From a virus (lineage: Duplodnaviria; Caudoviricetes), in the IMG/VR virus record IMGVR_UViG_3300049782_000136, positions 1-38,199 of that record: DNA of 38,199 bases, one strand, 5' to 3'. The translations under genes were made by a program, and so were the position numbers. A model generated the notes under the pieces. It was given only the letters and a program-made list of their open reading frames with translations, made no database searches and was not told the DNA's origin. Below, one piece after another: positions 26,734-37,300 of this stretch. How positions within the stretch are numbered: position 1 is the first letter of the stretch; each line of letters starts with the position of its first letter.

Positions 26734-26940
26734 TCATACACCATCCGGCAAAGAGGCGTTCTGGTATTGAATACCCAGATCGGCCAGCTTTGTGCACACT
26801 TCCCAGTATTCAGTATCCCGCTGACCAATGGATAGTGGGACCGGGGCTGAGAGGATCAGTATCGGACGCCCAGAAGCTTCTGCGAAAAGTTCCAGCAGAC
26901 TCGTGTTCGGGGTAGTGTTGGTAGCCATCTGTGTCTCCAT
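26734..26940 (-). CDS. possible 68-aa ORF in a GC-rich insert
   Basis: About 55% GC patch; followed by hairpins at 26717-26732 and 26666-26693; weak RBS. Confidence 0.35.
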   Translation of the reverse strand: METQMATNTTPNTSLLELFAEASGRPILILSAPVPLSIGQRDTEYWEVCTKLADLGIQYQNASLPDGV

Positions 26941-27193
26941 TCACCGCAAATTGGCAGCCACTTTTATTTTATAATAACAAAAAAATAACTAGATTGGATC
27001 AAGTTATTTCAAAAATAAATACTTTCTAACAGAGGATGTGTTCATATTCTTTGTTCGATATTCAATGACCGTTTAATAACCTCTTCTTTGTACTAAACAA
27101 TATCCTTATTTGTAATTAATTCCAATATCGGCCCTCGATGTGCGCATCGGTGCCTTACCCCATATAGAATTAATAATTGAAAGGTTTGATGAT

Positions 27194-27424
27194 ATGCGAG
27201 ATATGGAATCTGAATTAAAACAACGATATCCAATTGAATACCTATTCAATGGAACAAATCTTATTGCTAGGATTCATTTTCATAAGGATGAAACAAGTCA
27301 CAATCAAACTGCATCTAGTATGGTAGAAATAACACGCAAACCAAACGAATCAAACGAACAAATGAATATTAGAGTTTTGGAATATTTGTTGCGTTTTGTT
27401 GTTCACAACGCACCAGATAGGTGA
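27194..27424 (+). CDS. hypothetical protein inserted in the tail operon
   Basis: GAAAGG RBS; ends just before the tail terminator gene. Confidence 0.55.
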   Translation: MRDMESELKQRYPIEYLFNGTNLIARIHFHKDETSHNQTASSMVEITRKPNESNEQMNIRVLEYLLRFVVHNAPDR

Positions 27425-27430
27425 TTTAGC

Positions 27431-27784
27431 ATGATAGATTACAAAGATCCCATTCCTCCATTGTTTCAATTTTTGGATGCAAGAGTAGATGTCCATGTGT
27501 ACGGAAACCAATGGATCAATCCTACATTGCCAGCTTTGCTCGTAAAAAATGCAGGTGGGAATGGTTACACAAGGGTACAATTGTTAGCCCGATCTGAGAC
27601 AGATTATGAAGCGATGAGCGTATTGATTCAAGCAATGAATTTGCTGGAACGATACGCTTCTTCTATTTCCGGTCTACAGGTGGTTTGGTGTGAAAAAGAA
27701 TCCAATCCCATCCCAAGTCAGGATGTAGACACAGGAAAAGCAGAGGCTTGGTGCTATATGCGGTTGGAACATTTAGAGGCTTAA
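27431..27784 (+). CDS. tail terminator / completion protein
   Basis: Size and position immediately before the major tail gene. Confidence 0.7.
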   Translation: MIDYKDPIPPLFQFLDARVDVHVYGNQWINPTLPALLVKNAGGNGYTRVQLLARSETDYEAMSVLIQAMNLLERYASSISGLQVVWCEKESNPIPSQDVDTGKAEAWCYMRLEHLEA

Positions 27785-27806
27785 TACTAAAACGAGGTGA
27801 TAGGTA

Positions 27807-28619
27807 ATGGCAGGATCTATTTTTAAGGTAGATTCAACGAATATTGTAGGTGGTCCTGGTCGATTGGTGGTAAAACCATATGATGGAACTTTTCCTACAA
27901 AGATCAGTGATGTCATGGATTTAGCAGATCCATATGATTTGAAAACGGGATGGCGCGATTTAGGAGCGACCGTAGAAGGAATTACTACCTCCCGTGGTTT
28001 TGATACGGAAGATTTTGAAGTGGATCAAGCTGGTGTGGTGGATACCTACATCACCACTTGGGAACACATTTTGGAGACACAGTTAGCTGAAAACACCATC
28101 GAAAATCGACAACTGGCTTTGATCGGTGGTTCGATTGTGGAAGCAGAGCCTGTACTGGGGACATCCGCTACACTTAATGCTGCAGTTACCACTGGAGCTA
28201 CGAATCTAAAGCTATCCCCAGCTGTGCCTGCTGCTTTTAAAGTAGGAGGATGGTTAAAAATTGGCAATGAGATGAAGAAAATCAAAGCCATTGTAACGGA
28301 TACCATTACCATTGCAGATCCGTTGGCATCGAGTTATACCACTACCGACAATGTTTTTCCAGTTACGGATCTGGGTACTCGACGTATTGGTTTTGGTACC
28401 GTCAACGAGATTCCTTTCATGACATATGCCCTCATCACCCAAAAGAAAGACGGTACATTATACATGTGCGTGATCATGAAAGCCAAAATCAGCGGAGATG
28501 AAAAAGAACAAACCTATAGCAGAGAAAAACGAGTATTACCTTTGCAATTACAGGCATTTCCAGTGGATGGCTTGAGTGAAGATGAAAATGTGTACTACGA
28601 AATCGAGGAAATAAAATAG
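27807..28619 (+). CDS. major tail tube protein with internal accessory domain
   Basis: WRDLGATVEGI..FEVDQ siphophage tube motif. Confidence 0.85.
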   Translation: MAGSIFKVDSTNIVGGPGRLVVKPYDGTFPTKISDVMDLADPYDLKTGWRDLGATVEGITTSRGFDTEDFEVDQAGVVDTYITTWEHILETQLAENTIENRQLALIGGSIVEAEPVLGTSATLNAAVTTGATNLKLSPAVPAAFKVGGWLKIGNEMKKIKAIVTDTITIADPLASSYTTTDNVFPVTDLGTRRIGFGTVNEIPFMTYALITQKKDGTLYMCVIMKAKISGDEKEQTYSREKRVLPLQLQAFPVDGLSEDENVYYEIEEIK

Positions 28620-28630
28620 AGGTGAAAAAG

Positions 28631-29113
28631 ATGAAACAAGCTTTACAATCATTAGATTTTGAACAATATATCGGAGAAATTACATTAAGTGATGGATCCA
28701 AGTTAAACATCCCCAAACTATCCATGTTTAAGATCATTCGAATCGTGAAATTTATCGGGGTCGATGGAAGTAAAATGTGGGACCAAGCTCGTTCTTCTCT
28801 TTTGGATGAAAGCTTAACAGACATGGAAAAAGTAGCAGTTATTATCGAAGGATTAAAGGAAGAACAGTTAATACGCATTCTATCGATCTTATTAGATGTA
28901 GAAGATCGAGTAGCTCTGGAATTGGATTTAAATGAAGTACTCGATGTTTTCTTGGTATATGCGGAGAAAACCAATCTATCCAAAACTTTTACCCAAGTCC
29001 AGAAGCTGGCGAAGAAAATGTTCAACAAGGACATTCCAAACTTCAAGACTCTTCTGGACAATCTCTTTCCAGCAAACGATTCGAATGGAGTGACATTGTC
29101 CAAGTCTTCATAG
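28631..29113 (+). CDS. tail assembly chaperone (gpG-like)
   Basis: Between tube and tape measure genes; GAGGTG RBS. Confidence 0.8.
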   Translation: MKQALQSLDFEQYIGEITLSDGSKLNIPKLSMFKIIRIVKFIGVDGSKMWDQARSSLLDESLTDMEKVAVIIEGLKEEQLIRILSILLDVEDRVALELDLNEVLDVFLVYAEKTNLSKTFTQVQKLAKKMFNKDIPNFKTLLDNLFPANDSNGVTLSKSS

Positions 29114-29415
29114 ATCAGATCGGTTTTGTAGCATCTCATTTTCACTATACAGAGGAATACGTAATTTCTCACACTCCGGAATGGTTAATAAGGAAATTTC
29201 GACAAGCATCCAAGGAAAAATGGCAAGAAAGTCAATTGCGATCGGTAGAGGTCTTTCGTGGTGTTGCTCTCCTTGCAGATCAGATGCTCAATAAAGGAAA
29301 AGCAATGAATAAAATCCTTCCTTCTTTTGAGGAGTCCGGATCTCCTCACGAAACGGAGGAACAATATAAAAACCACATGACTGGAACTTGGTGGAAGAAA
29401 GGAGGAGGGGATTAG
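29080..29415 (+). CDS. gpT-like frameshift extension of the tail chaperone (-1 frame)
   Basis: Frame open from ~28935 to TAG 29415 with no good start: FEWSDIVQVFIDQIGFVASHFHYTEEYV... Confidence 0.65.
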   Translation, partial: FEWSDIVQVFIDQIGFVASHFHYTEEYVISHTPEWLIRKFRQASKEKWQESQLRSVEVFRGVALLADQMLNKGKAMNKILPSFEESGSPHETEEQYKNHMTGTWWKKGGGD

Positions 29416-32400
29416 ATGGCCAAAGCAGGGGAAATGAAGGTTGATATTGTCGCAGATTCCAAACAAGCACAGAAGGAATCCAATGGTTTTTTTCAGCGAC
29501 TACAACAATCTGGCCAACGGTTGAAAAATACATTCCAACGGTTCAATCCATTTCAACGTTTGGAACAATCTGCGAAACAATTACAACAATCTGCTGGTAG
29601 GTCATTGGATTCTCTTCCAAATCGATTAAAACCATTCCAGCAGGAACTGTCGAAAACAGAAAAAGAACTGAAGGCATTACAGAAAACTGGAGACAGTGGC
29701 TCTCGTTCCCTGGATCAGTTAGCTGACTCTGCTGTGCAAGCAAGCGTTGGATTCGAGAAGATGGACAGTGTATCTGACTCTGGAAAAGAAGCAATCAAGA
29801 TCATTCAGAACCTCAACCAAGTTACCAAAGAGACACAACTTGCTGTTTTAGGACTTTCCAATAACGGGGAAGTAAAGTTATCCGTGGAAGAAGCAGAACA
29901 ACAATTGGTTTCTTTCCAGCAAGAAATAGCAGACACGAGAAGTAGCCTGGAACAGCTAAGAGATTCAGGTGATTTTTCTAGTTATCTAGCTGGTATGGAA
30001 GTTCTCGAACAAAAAACGCAAGATGTCCAACGTGCAATGGTAGCTGCTTCCAAAGGCGGATCGCAGTATGTCAACATGATCAATGATTTGGGTGTGAACA
30101 CACAGCATGCAGCCAATCAAGCTGCCATTGCAATGGAGGGTTATCGGGACAAGTTCATGCTTTCGGTGGATCGAATGAATGCCAAAGCAACGCAATCCCA
30201 GAAAATGATGGACATCCTTCCTGAAGTGAGTCACATCCAAGCTGTTGATCGTGCATTTTTAAGCATTGGTAATCGTCTAGAGGAGACAGCTAAAAAGGGA
30301 ACTGCAGCAAATCTTGCCCTCACCATGTTAGGTCCGAATGCTTCCATGAAAGACTTGTTTTCTCGCATCCAACTTATCAACCAAGGGTTGGCTCGTTTTC
30401 AAGCTCTCTCGATGGCTGCTCTCATTGCAGTTGGTCTTTTTACATTAGGAATGTATCGATTAGCGCGAGGTCCACAAGTCAGTGAAGTTTTGGATCAGCA
30501 GAGGGCTGCCCTTCAGAACTATACCAATGCTCTGTCCCAACGCAGCCAGGAAATTTATAATTTTGCTGGTTTATTTGAACAAGTGGTCCAGCGAGCAAAA
30601 GTATCCGGCAAGCAGCTGATCGATAATTTGAAAGGGCAAGTATCTGTTTTACGTATTTGGTCTAGCAATTTGAAGATTCTAGCCAAACGTGGCGTAGATG
30701 AGGGGCTGATTGCAGAGTTACAGAAGCTAGGACCTAGTGCTTCTGCTGAAATTCGAGCATTAACCAGGTTGAGCGACAAACAACTGAATCAATATGTTGC
30801 TTTATGGCGAGAAAAACATCGATTAGCTCGCACCCAGGCAATCAGTGAGTTGGCTGGTTTAAAGAAAGAAACCGACCAGAAGATCAAAGAATTGCAGGAT
30901 TCTTTGACCCCTTTGGGGATCTCAGTGGAGAAAGCGAAGAAGACCTGGCTTGATGCACTCCAACCTTTCATTCAAATATGGGGACAGGTTGCTTCTAAGG
31001 TAGTGGATGCGACTACTCAAATAGCAGTGTTTTTACAAAAGTTGAACCAGCTAAATCCAGCCATCACTCAGTTAACAGGGATGTTCTTGTATTTATTTAC
31101 AGTTGTGACGTTGTTATTGTCTCCAATGGCCATTGGGATTGGTCGAGCGAACGGGATGGCAGCTGCTTTTACTTTGCTTTTTAATTCCGTTAAACCGCTT
31201 GTTCTCGGTTTTCTACGGGTTGCTGGTATAGCTTCTATTGTAGCGGGAGCATTGGTGCTTCTGGGTGGCACTTTTCTTGCCCTATGGCGAAACTCGGAAA
31301 ACTTCCGGAACAGCCTGATCAATGGATGGAATCAGATAAAACAAACGATCCTTACAGCTGTTCAACCATTGATTCCTAGCCTAAAACAATTAGGTCAAGC
31401 CTTCTTGGATCTTATCAATGCAATGGTCGGAAGCGATGGAAGTACTGCATCTTCTTTTTGGACTCAATTAGGAGATAACATCGCCCAAGTCATCAACTTC
31501 ATTGTTAACAATGGAATTCCTTTGCTGAAGGGATCAGTTGGAACAATCGTTGATGTACTCAAAGGTCTAGCAGATGGGTTGACTGCTGGATTCCAAGCTG
31601 CAAAACCTGTCATCCAAAATATTGCCACCTTTATTCGAGGTATATTTGCTATTTTCAGTGGAAACCAAGGACAGGGCACAAATCTTTTACAATCATTGGG
31701 TCTATCTCCCGATAAAATTGCAACCATCACTACGATCGTCAACCAAATCAAAGCAGCATTCACTGCCGTCTTTACATTCCTAGAACAAAAGGGTCCAGCA
31801 ATAGGAAATATTGTTTCTTCTGCTTTTCAGCTTATTTCATCCGTAATAGGTGCAGTTGTTCCGGTTATCGCTCAGGTAATCGGTTTTTTGTATCCGATCA
31901 TCGAAAAAGTATTCATTTTTATCTGGCCAATCGTGGTTGCTGTCATTCAGAGCGCATGGGCTAATATCCAGGCCATTATCACTTCAGGGATTGCGATTAT
32001 CACCAATATTATCTCTTTGGTCCAAAATCTTTGGAGTGGCAACTTCTCTGCTGCCTGGGAAAATATTAAAAATATATTCGTCAATGCTCTCATTTTCATC
32101 TGGAATTTCATCAACTTGGTACTGTTAGCAAGGGTACTTTCTATCTTCCGAGGATTTGGATCAAGTGCGATTGGTTTCTTTTCTCGATTATGGGCCAGTA
32201 TTTCATCTGGTGTCTCCAGTTTCCTAGCTCGAATTGCAGCTTGGTTTTCAACTCGATTTGCAGCCATTCGTAGCATTACCGTTTCGATTTTCAACGGGAT
32301 TCGTAGCTATTTCAGTGGCGTGTGGGGAGCTATACGGACATTAGTTGTAGCAGCTGTCGTTGCCGTGGTAAATAAAATCAGTTCTGGCTTCACTCAAGCA

Positions 32401-32937
32401 AAAAACAAAGTAGTGAGTATGGCCAATGGCATCAAAAGTACCCTATCTGGAATGGCCAGTAGCGCACGGGCATGGGGATCCAATCTGATTAGTATGTTTG
32501 CTGATGGAGTACGATCAGCTGGTCAGAAAGTGATCTCAGCAGCCAAAGGAATTGCAGATAAAGTCAAAAGTTATCTTGGTTTTAGCTCACCTACCGAAAA
32601 AGGGCCAGCTGCTGATTCCGATAAATGGGCACCAAATTTTATTCGCATGTTTGCAGGTGGGATCGAAGCTGGTATTCCAAAGCTTCAAACATTAGCAAGC
32701 AAAGCAGCTGCTCAACTAGAAATGATGAGCTCGGGAACCACCGTACCAAGTGTTGCAACTGGATGGATCAGTGGGAACTCCCTTCAAACTGTCCCATCTG
32801 CACTAGGTGGCGTTTATGTTCATATTGAGAACTTTAATGGAACAAAAGAAGACTATGACAAACTCGCACAAACATTGGATGAAGTCATGTATCAGAAAAA
32901 GAAAATCAAAGCGAGAGCAGGGGGGAAACGATCTTGA
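29416..32937 (+). CDS. tail tape measure protein
   Basis: 1173 aa helical; W/F-periodic repeats; LGFSSPTEKGP motif. Confidence 0.92.
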   Translation: MAKAGEMKVDIVADSKQAQKESNGFFQRLQQSGQRLKNTFQRFNPFQRLEQSAKQLQQSAGRSLDSLPNRLKPFQQELSKTEKELKALQKTGDSGSRSLDQLADSAVQASVGFEKMDSVSDSGKEAIKIIQNLNQVTKETQLAVLGLSNNGEVKLSVEEAEQQLVSFQQEIADTRSSLEQLRDSGDFSSYLAGMEVLEQKTQDVQRAMVAASKGGSQYVNMINDLGVNTQHAANQAAIAMEGYRDKFMLSVDRMNAKATQSQKMMDILPEVSHIQAVDRAFLSIGNRLEETAKKGTAANLALTMLGPNASMKDLFSRIQLINQGLARFQALSMAALIAVGLFTLGMYRLARGPQVSEVLDQQRAALQNYTNALSQRSQEIYNFAGLFEQVVQRAKVSGKQLIDNLKGQVSVLRIWSSNLKILAKRGVDEGLIAELQKLGPSASAEIRALTRLSDKQLNQYVALWREKHRLARTQAISELAGLKKETDQKIKELQDSLTPLGISVEKAKKTWLDALQPFIQIWGQVASKVVDATTQIAVFLQKLNQLNPAITQLTGMFLYLFTVVTLLLSPMAIGIGRANGMAAAFTLLFNSVKPLVLGFLRVAGIASIVAGALVLLGGTFLALWRNSENFRNSLINGWNQIKQTILTAVQPLIPSLKQLGQAFLDLINAMVGSDGSTASSFWTQLGDNIAQVINFIVNNGIPLLKGSVGTIVDVLKGLADGLTAGFQAAKPVIQNIATFIRGIFAIFSGNQGQGTNLLQSLGLSPDKIATITTIVNQIKAAFTAVFTFLEQKGPAIGNIVSSAFQLISSVIGAVVPVIAQVIGFLYPIIEKVFIFIWPIVVAVIQSAWANIQAIITSGIAIITNIISLVQNLWSGNFSAAWENIKNIFVNALIFIWNFINLVLLARVLSIFRGFGSSAIGFFSRLWASISSGVSSFLARIAAWFSTRFAAIRSITVSIFNGIRSYFSGVWGAIRTLVVAAVVAVVNKISSGFTQAKNKVVSMANGIKSTLSGMASSARAWGSNLISMFADGVRSAGQKVISAAKGIADKVKSYLGFSSPTEKGPAADSDKWAPNFIRMFAGGIEAGIPKLQTLASKAAAQLEMMSSGTTVPSVATGWISGNSLQTVPSALGGVYVHIENFNGTKEDYDKLAQTLDEVMYQKKKIKARAGGKRS

Positions 32938-34385
32938 GCTCTTTTTTCTTTAATAGCAGGAGTAGTAGTGAATTCCCAATCTATGTATCAGAGATTAGTA
33001 CTCAAATCCTCCCTACCTCGAAACAAAATACAGTTGATATACCAGGTAGGGATGGGGTTTACTCTTTTGGGAGAAGTAAAGGGATAAGGGTTGAAAAAAT
33101 ACGGATCCAAACCAAGACCAAATCGAATATCGAGCTTTGGGAGTTGAAAGATCAGCTGGCAGAGTGGTTAGATACCGAGCTACCAGTTGTTTTTTATTAT
33201 GAATTCAAGCCAAACCGGATATATTACGCCACTTTATCTGGAGACACAGACCTAAAAAAACTAGCATCCGTTGGAGAAACGACACTTATTTTTGAGATCC
33301 CTGATCCCAATGCAGTAGACGATGATGAAATTGTCATTCCTATTGCTCCGACAACTACTGATCCCATAGCCATCACAAACAATGGGAATGTGGATGCCTT
33401 CCCGCAGATTGAGCTTACTTTTGACCAAAATACAACGGAATTTGCCATCTATACGGATGATGAATTCATCTACTTTGGGAAACCGGCACCAGTGGATACA
33501 ACGACACCCACCACCGAACGAACTTTGGTATTACAAGATAAATGTGAAACAACATCTGGATGGTCCAGTGGTATAGCTGTAGATGGTGGGAGTATTGCAG
33601 GTACGCTGGTTTCGGATGGTAACTTCATCAAGCAGTCAGGAAATGACTATGGATCCGGATCCACCTGGCATGGTGGGGCTTTAGTGAAGGCTTTAGGGCA
33701 ACAAATCCAAGACTTTACAGTGGAATACTTTGTAAATTTCAAAATGACCGCACCAAATCAACTTGGGAGAATAGAAATCTATTTACTAGACATCAATAAT
33801 GTTGTGATAGGTAAGATGGCACTAGTAGATTCTACAGCTGCAAGCAAATCCGGTAGAGTGGAAGCAAGATTGGGAACAACCAAGTACTTGGTGAATTCAG
33901 AGATTGGAAAAGAGTACTATACCAACTGTTATGCTCGGCTCTATCTCCAACGCATCGGACAGAAGTACACGTTTCAAATTGGAAAACTAGACAGCAAGTA
34001 CAACTTTTTTGGAAGGTATAACTATATTTTTTACGACACAGCAAATGCTTTTCAGACAAAGTTGGCAGGGATACAGGTACACATTGCCCAATACGGTTCA
34101 ACTACTGTTATTCCAACAATGAACATCAACGAGGTTCGCGTTTGGAATGAAAAAACCCTTACTTCTAATCAAGTGCCGTATGTATTTGAAAATAGAAATG
34201 GATTAAAGGATGTACTGTTTATCGATTCTATGACTGGGACGATATTGAAAAACGGAGAGCCAGCGTTTGATACATTAGGGGATTTGGGATTTAGTTATCC
34301 GAAGTTAAAACCAGGTATCACCAATCTATCGATTACTCCACCAATTGCAAGTGGAACCATTACTTATCGTGAGAGGTGGAAGTGA
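32934..34385 (+). CDS. distal tail protein (Dit) with internal insertion
   Basis: DIPGRDG, F..PDP, NNGNVDAFP, LKPG.TNL and YRERW motifs. Confidence 0.88.
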   Translation: MSSFFFNSRSSSEFPIYVSEISTQILPTSKQNTVDIPGRDGVYSFGRSKGIRVEKIRIQTKTKSNIELWELKDQLAEWLDTELPVVFYYEFKPNRIYYATLSGDTDLKKLASVGETTLIFEIPDPNAVDDDEIVIPIAPTTTDPIAITNNGNVDAFPQIELTFDQNTTEFAIYTDDEFIYFGKPAPVDTTTPTTERTLVLQDKCETTSGWSSGIAVDGGSIAGTLVSDGNFIKQSGNDYGSGSTWHGGALVKALGQQIQDFTVEYFVNFKMTAPNQLGRIEIYLLDINNVVIGKMALVDSTAASKSGRVEARLGTTKYLVNSEIGKEYYTNCYARLYLQRIGQKYTFQIGKLDSKYNFFGRYNYIFYDTANAFQTKLAGIQVHIAQYGSTTVIPTMNINEVRVWNEKTLTSNQVPYVFENRNGLKDVLFIDSMTGTILKNGEPAFDTLGDLGFSYPKLKPGITNLSITPPIASGTITYRERWK

Positions 34386-37300
34386 TGAATGATTATCTCT
34401 TTATTTTAGATGAACAGGAGAAGTTAGTTTCCATTCTCAGTTGTGAGCTTCCCAGTGCTTGTCCTTATTGGGGAGATTTAAAAACAGAGCAGCTGGAACA
34501 TGGGCTACTAACTTTTGAGTTTTATGTACCTTTTAATCATCCAACTGTTATGCAGATAGTAAACGAAGGCCTGGTCGTTCGTCCTAACGAAGAGATCGAG
34601 GGAGAATATGAACTTTTCCGTATCAAAGAAACCAAAATGAGTCGATCCACTCGATCTCTATACGTTCGTGCGGAAAATTCAGCAGTAACGGATGTATCGG
34701 ATCAATACATTCTCCCCATTACTTTGGCTAGTCAAACGATTTCGCAAGTAATGGAGACCATTCTGCAGAATACCGGATGGCAACCAGGTAGGATAGATTA
34801 TTCCGGTGTACAAGACTTCAAATTTGATGGTTATATTAGTGCTCTTGAAGCTGTACATCAAGTAATGGATAAATTTAAAGCGGAGATCAAGTTCAGAGTA
34901 GAATTCGACGGTACAAAGGTAATAGGTAAGTACATTGACATGGTTAGGCAACGTGGAAACAACACACGAAAGGTTTTCTCTTATGGATACGATCTAACCG
35001 ATCAAGTGGATAGAACCATTAATAGTGATGATATTATTACTGCTGTCATTGGAGTAGGTCCAGACGATAGCAACGGAAACCCCATGACATTCAGTAATTA
35101 TAATCCGACGATACCTGAAGGCTATGAAAAACAATCCTATTGGATCGGGAATACTTCAGCTCGTGAACGATGGGGAGACAAGGGAAAGCATAAGTTTTAT
35201 ATCTTCAAAGATGATCAAGTAGAGAATCAAGTGGATCTCTACAACAAATCAAAAGCCAAATTAGATGAGTTATCCAAACCCCGATTCACTTACAATGTCG
35301 GGGTTGTTTTGTTGGAAGACATAACCGGATACGAGGCTCACAGAGTTTCGCTTGGAGACAACATTCAAATCCAAGATAAAACATTCCATCCACCACTGCT
35401 TCTAGAAGCTCGGATTATTGAAAAGAAAACGAGCAAGAAGGATAAAGAAAAAAATGAAGTTACACTTGGTGAATATGTTCCAGTCCTTTCTTCTACACCT
35501 ACAATCGTCCAGCAAGGTAGAGATAGCTTACAAAATACAGGAGTAGCTGGTGGACATGTTGTCGTATATGGACCTACGCAAGATGACACGAAAGGAGCCT
35601 ATTCGCAATCTGAGGAATCCATCACCATTGAGGTTACAAACACTGTCCAACTGGGATATACGTCCATTTTTACCGCAGAGGAAATCACTTCAGGATTAGT
35701 AGAGTTGAGGGATATTAATGATAATGTAATTGAATCCAGAAACTTTGATTCTACTGACCTTGTTCCCGTACCCGATAGCGTATATGAATATGTGTTGAAG
35801 CTCAATTTTGTGTTATACCCCAATGTAGGAACTTATAAATTGTGGGGATCATTTGACGGACTGACATTCGTTCGATTACCTGACGAAGTAAGTTTCCCTT
35901 ACGATTCAGGTGAATTCAAAATCACAGGAACATCTGATGAAGACGGATACTATTGGCATTTCTTTAAAATACAGGTCGCGGGGCCGGGTGTGTTAGGTGG
36001 TGCTAGTCAAACCTTTACAGTGGGTGACTTGTCTAATAACTTCCAAGCATTTCGTTCTCTGAATGCAGCAGGAGAAGAAACCGCCAGAATCGATAATAAA
36101 CAAGCTTCTTTTGCTGTTCTTAATGCTGGAATTGTCAATTCGGATTCTGTTGTTAGTTATAGCAATGAGGATTTTACTTTTTATGTTAATGCAGTTAGTG
36201 GAAACGACGAAAACGATGGTCTTACATCAGCAACCGCATTGGCCAGTTTTGCCCGTGCGATGCAACTTACTCCGCGACTATGTGACGGAAACGTCACGAT
36301 CTATATCGAAAGTGATTTGGTAGAGGATATTGTTATTGCGGGTTATATGGGTTTGAACGCGATCACCATCTATGGTGGTATACGTACAGGAGCAGCTGCA
36401 CCTTACGCCTATACCCATCATACTATCACTGCTGATATGAACTTTGATGGAACTACCAAAAGGGTCAATTTTTTTTATGGAAAATACTTTCCTCGTACTC
36501 ATCGTGGTGGAACAAGTGGTGCAACCAACTTTGGCTCTAAATCACAGTATGTATATTTTCGAGAATGTTACGTTTCTGCGAATGTTCCTGGGACAACGAA
36601 TTATAATACCAACGCTATTGCATGGAATGACAATGGTTATATTCATCTGTCTCACTGTTATTTGCAAGATTGGGCACTCAATGCGATACGGGCAGCGAGT
36701 CATGGTCGCATTCATTTGGAGGCATGTGTAGGATCTACTGTAAATACTGGCGGACGTGTTGGTGAGGCGACCCTCGGCGGAGTAATTACATTTTCAGGAG
36801 GTACCAATTTATTAACCAACACTCTGACCCCAGGATACCCACGTTCTGGAACGGGCGTTACCTCTAACTACATTATTGCTAGTGTTGGTGGAATGATCAA
36901 TGGATCTACTGCTGCTATTGGCACAAATGGAGAAGGTGGTACAAAGGCTACCCCACCATCGACTACGACAAATACAACTACTTATAACAGCTTAGACACT
37001 GCGATCTCAGGTCGCTCTTATCGGTATACGAAATACATTGGATGGAGAATGAACGACATCAATGTAAGAGAAGGTGAGTATGACGGTCAAGGGCAACATA
37101 AGGGACTGTGGTTCTTTGGTGGTACTATGCCATCGGTACCCCCTTGGGTGGGCAAGACTATTGAGGAAATATGGATCGAGGTACAAAGAGATTTGAAAGG
37201 AGGTGCTCCAGGTTTAGTACGGTTTACCACCCATAATTATTTAACTATACCAGCTAGTAATCCGACAATCGGATCCTCCTTTGTGGCAGCTTATTTTGAT

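Noticed and set aside
26692-26745. Hammerhead-like string ccgatga...gaaa-agactc-ca-gagtct-tc
   Set aside because: Core reads CCGAUGA rather than CUGAUGA, and stems I and II do not pair; at most degenerate or chance.
28489-29172. 227-aa minus-strand ORF and other antisense ORFs over core genes
   Set aside because: Shadow frames of well-supported + strand genes; no RBS or motifs.
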